Shown piece by piece: positions 30,769 to 32,000 of a stretch of DNA of 32,000 nucleotides. How positions within the stretch are numbered: the first letter of the stretch is position 1; the number at the start of each line of letters is the position of its first letter. The position numbers were made by a program, and so were the translations under genes. This stretch comes from Candidatus Saccharimonas aalborgensis. Its GTDB lineage: Bacteria; Patescibacteriota; Saccharimonadia; Saccharimonadales; Saccharimonadaceae. A model generated the notes under the pieces. That model did no database searches and was not told the DNA's origin. It worked only from the letters and a program-made list of their open reading frames with translations. The stretch lies in the NCBI RefSeq assembly GCF_000392435.1, contig NC_021219.1, positions 210,001 to 242,000 of the forward strand, in the 5' to 3' direction.

Positions 30769-31407
30769 ATGAAAGCTAAGCTACTGATCGCTGCCCTTGT
30801 CAGCTGTGCCGTGATTGCTGGAGGAGTATTCCTCTTTGTTAGCAAGAGTAACCCTAACGCACCGAGTGGTGGAGCAACCCCCTCGCAAAATAACACATCT
30901 GATACAACACCAGACTCACCAAAACTCAAAGCCCAAACCGTTGGTCAATTAGCCGACTGCTCTACCTACACGTTTGACGAACTCAGCAAGGTCTGGGGTG
31001 TGCCCTTTGTTGATACCGATATCAACAAAGTCTCCGAGTTGTCGACAAGCGGCGGCAAGCTATACTCCTGTACCTACAACCAGACCGATTCCGGCACCGG
31101 TGTGAGCTATGTCATAGAATACCGTGAACATCCGAGCGTTGAAAGCGCAAAGCAAAGCATGAACGACACTCGCAGCACCGAAAAATACGGCGACAAAGTG
31201 TATTACCTCAAAGAGGACAAAGCCGGCGTCGGTGACGAAGCATTTTTCTGGGCGCGTAACCGCACTGACGGCAGTAAGGAGCCCAATCAACAGATGTATA
31301 TCCGGAAGGGAGCTGTCGTATTCCTTCTCTCAGCGATAAATCTCGATGGTGTCAATTCGACCTACAAAGATAAGCTAGTATCTTCTTATAAATTACACTA
31401 TGAATAA
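30769..31407 (+). CDS. Membrane-anchored secreted protein of unknown function
   Basis: KAKLLIAALVSCAVIAGGVFLFV anchor, Ser/Thr/Pro linker, then globular domain; GGAGG SD. Confidence 0.75.
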   Translation: MKAKLLIAALVSCAVIAGGVFLFVSKSNPNAPSGGATPSQNNTSDTTPDSPKLKAQTVGQLADCSTYTFDELSKVWGVPFVDTDINKVSELSTSGGKLYSCTYNQTDSGTGVSYVIEYREHPSVESAKQSMNDTRSTEKYGDKVYYLKEDKAGVGDEAFFWARNRTDGSKEPNQQMYIRKGAVVFLLSAINLDGVNSTYKDKLVSSYKLHYE

Positions 31408-31418
31408 ATATTCAGCCG

Positions 31419-32000
31419 TTAGAACTGACTACTAAAGGCGCGTAAGTGGTTCTCGGAACCCCTACGAAGCCCCTCTAGGGTCAAGATAACGTCCTGATCA
31501 CTGGCAGTTTTGAGCTGAGCGTTGATATCTGCAATATCTTTTTCCTCGATTGCAATCCCGGCCTTATATGCCTGGATAACGCTTTTGCTACCTTGAGCGA
31601 TCAGTTGATTATACAGGGTCTGTAGTTCTTGATTACGAAATACTCCGAGTTCGGCCGACCGCGGATCAGCAACATTTCGCGCTTGGAGCAACGTCAGAAC
31701 TCGGCTTTGATGTGCCTGTTCGCTACTAAGTATGTTACCGAATACCCTAACTCCATAGAGCTCATACATCTTTGTGTAGACATCGTGTGCAAGCTTCTCT
31801 TCCTCAATAAGGTACAACAGGAGCGACTCTGTCGTGTCTTTGGTAGCAGAACCTTGTTCAATTGTAGAATCAAACGCATTGGAATTATTTGCTACCATGT
31901 TTGTTTGAATCTTATTCGTGGGAGAGGGCTCATACCGAATGGCGACACTATAACCTACTACACCCGCTAGTATCGTTATTGCTATAGCTATTATAGCGGT
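31419..32000 (-). CDS. DUF2202 domain protein with N-terminal TM anchor; 5' end beyond window
   Basis: LLLYLIEEEKLAHDVYTKMYELYG...FGNILSSEQAHQSRVLTLL; the frame stays open upstream: TAIIAIAITILAGVVGYSVAIRYEPSPTNKIQTN-MVANNS. Confidence 0.85.
   Translation of the reverse strand, partial: TAIIAIAITILAGVVGYSVAIRYEPSPTNKIQTNMVANNSNAFDSTIEQGSATKDTTESLLLYLIEEEKLAHDVYTKMYELYGVRVFGNILSSEQAHQSRVLTLLQARNVADPRSAELGVFRNQELQTLYNQLIAQGSKSVIQAYKAGIAIEEKDIADINAQLKTASDQDVILTLEGLRRGSENHLRAFSSQF

Overview
This 32 kb window looks like a compact genome of CPR/Saccharibacteria type; that taxonomic guess is inference. It carries about 37 densely packed genes. Confident housekeeping and accessory calls are ligA, htpX, lemA, secG, uvrC, corA-like, msrA, msrB, an M24 peptidase, an AlkD-like protein, an S66 peptidase, an oligopeptide-type SBP, PadR, CPBP, MFS and ABC genes, and three tRNAs. 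The most unusual locus is a three-gene minus-strand set at 6392-9603. It contains a ~742-aa protein with a zeta-toxin/P-loop kinase-like domain (GNTASGKT) and a C-terminal Fic-like domain with a variant motif (HFFADGCGKT). This overlaps by ATGA a RelA/SpoT-type HD hydrolase (HDxxEDT), which is followed by a small orphan protein. An S66/MccF-like peptidase is divergently encoded next to the set. Other leads are: recurrent -10 boxes exactly 6-7 nt before start codons, suggesting leaderless mRNAs; a 12-codon uORF overlapping the corA start; a UvrC without the Fe-S cysteine cluster; a CorA with SMN instead of GMN; a hydrolase reading frame interrupted by in-frame TAG; a large autotransporter-repeat-like surface protein ending in an LAPTG sorting-like signal; a palindromic PadR operator candidate; and a tRNA-Cys with an odd T-loop. 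All family calls are from motif recognition by eye, with no database search.
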